Below are positions 62,958-64,000 of a DNA stretch of 64,000 nt, piece by piece. A model generated the notes under the pieces. It was given only the letters and a program-made list of their open reading frames with translations. It did not search any database and was not told where the DNA came from. Position 1 is the first letter of the stretch, and every line of letters starts with the position of its first letter. The stretch lies in contig JBBCKI010000015.1 in NCBI GenBank assembly GCA_037190965.1, positions 26,264 through 90,263 of the forward strand, given 5' to 3'. Position numbers and translations under genes: made by a program. The DNA comes from Chthoniobacteraceae bacterium. GTDB lineage: Bacteria > Verrucomicrobiota > Verrucomicrobiia > Chthoniobacterales > Chthoniobacteraceae.

Positions 62958-63756
62958 CGCCGCCCTGGGAAATCCGTTCTTTCCGCTCGCCCATCAAATG
63001 CACCACCCCATTGGCTCCGGGAGAGCGATGCGGGTTCCCTTGCAAAATAGGAGACCAATTGGACGACAGGAAATACCGTTCCAGCGAGTCCGTAGCCGCC
63101 TTCGGATGTTCCAGGCGAATGAAATTGGCTTTGAGTTGCATCGGTCGAAAACGGGATTCGCCCAATCGCCGCAGGATAGTGGAGGGAATCGCGATCTCCG
63201 CAATCCACCCCTTCTTCCCTTTGTGAGAAAACCGTCCCGTCGCCGTTTGAAGTCCTTCAAGGTTCCAGGTGTCGAAAGACCAGCAATCACGTTTCAGGAT
63301 CTCCGGCAAGAACCGCCCGTTTTCGTCATATCGCGGCTCCCCGGTACAAAGATAGAGGACGTCTCGCACGCCGTTGTTCGGGCTCACCTGCAACTCGATA
63401 TAAGCCTTTCCATCTCCGGTGGGATCGATAAACACTTCGACAGCCTCTTCCCGGTGATACTCGGTATCATGCCCGGATAGCGTCGCGACGACCTCTTTCG
63501 CTTCACAAACGAAGCGAATATAGAAGTTCGTCTCATCCCAGAGCAACCGCACCTCCGTCTGCTGCGGCGTCAGTGAGGGAATGCTTTCCAATGATGGGGT
63601 CAGTTTTTCAATGATTCCCGCCTGTTCCCAGACACCCTCTCCCCATTCCGCCCTCAGCGTGGGCTTCTGCGTGGCATAAGGCACTGAAACTTCCGGCACC
63701 CCGCACAAAGCGCTGCCCGCCAGAGACAGCGACAAGGTCAGCGCAAGAAGATTCAT
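62947..63756 (-). CDS. CBM9-like (DOMON-like) secreted carbohydrate-binding protein
   Basis: Signal peptide; TEVRLLWDETNFYIRF, EAVEVFIDP, YIELQVSP, WIAEIAIP. Confidence 0.85.
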
Positions 63757-63766
63757 GGAAAGAATA

Positions 63767-63808
63767 GAGAGTCGCCTTCAGACCGATAAGCGGTTGAAGG
63801 CGACTCTC
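63767..63808. repeat. Long intergenic hairpin (REP-like or terminator)
   Basis: GAGAGTCGCCTTCA(G)ACCG-ATAAG-CGGTTGAAGGCGACTCTC, an 18-bp stem with one bulge, filling most of the gap between two co-oriented genes. Confidence 0.7.
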
Positions 63809-63821
63809 CTCAGATTTTAGA

Positions 63822-64000
63822 CTAGCTCTTTCGACGGCGCATCCGCTGCACCAGGCCGAACACTCCCGCTCCGGCAATCAACATCGCCCAGGTTCCGGGC
63901 TCCGGAATGGTTTCCAACGCCGTCAGGGTATTGCTGGTCGTTCCGTAGCTCAGGCGGAAGTATTGTGCAAATCCGTCACCGGCAACTTCGAACACCGAAT
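63822..64000 (-). CDS. C-terminus of a PEP-CTERM protein (continues beyond the window; not in the ORF track)
   Basis: Manual translation: …YFRLSYGTTSNTLTALETIPEPGTWAMLIAGAGVFGLVQRMRRRKS*. Confidence 0.88.
   Translation of the reverse strand, partial: SVFEVAGDGFAQYFRLSYGTTSNTLTALETIPEPGTWAMLIAGAGVFGLVQRMRRRKS

Overview
GC-rich bacterial chromosomal window. Three PEP-CTERM proteins, a Verru_Chthon-type pseudopilin cassette and GntR/LacI-fusion regulators point to Verrucomicrobiota, probably Chthoniobacter/Spartobacteria-like (inference). Left to right: kdpD (5'-truncated)-kdpE; a ~153-bp multi-hairpin REP/REPIN-like element whose inverted second copy lies at 57.75 kb; a four-gene operon led by a minimal J-domain protein that resembles the proteobacterial cold-adaptation operon atcJABC; an apparently frameshifted giant DUF3857/transglutaminase-TPR gene; yjbQ; a decayed LysR gene facing an intact prpBCD operon; a LytS/LytTR pair; a DapA-family aldolase with its regulator; tRNA-Ser(CGA) followed by a mosaic accessory region; and a ~32-kb glycan-utilisation region (ABC permeases and binding protein, GH38, pseudopilin cassette, three large unclassified secreted proteins, sialate O-acetylesterase, GH2, GH31, CBM9-like protein, PEP-CTERM protein). 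The best candidates for new biology are the diverged atcJABC-like operon and the pseudopilin cassette embedded among unclassified CAZymes. All family assignments come from reading motifs by eye; no searches were run. No CRISPR array, rRNA, integrase or transposase was seen.
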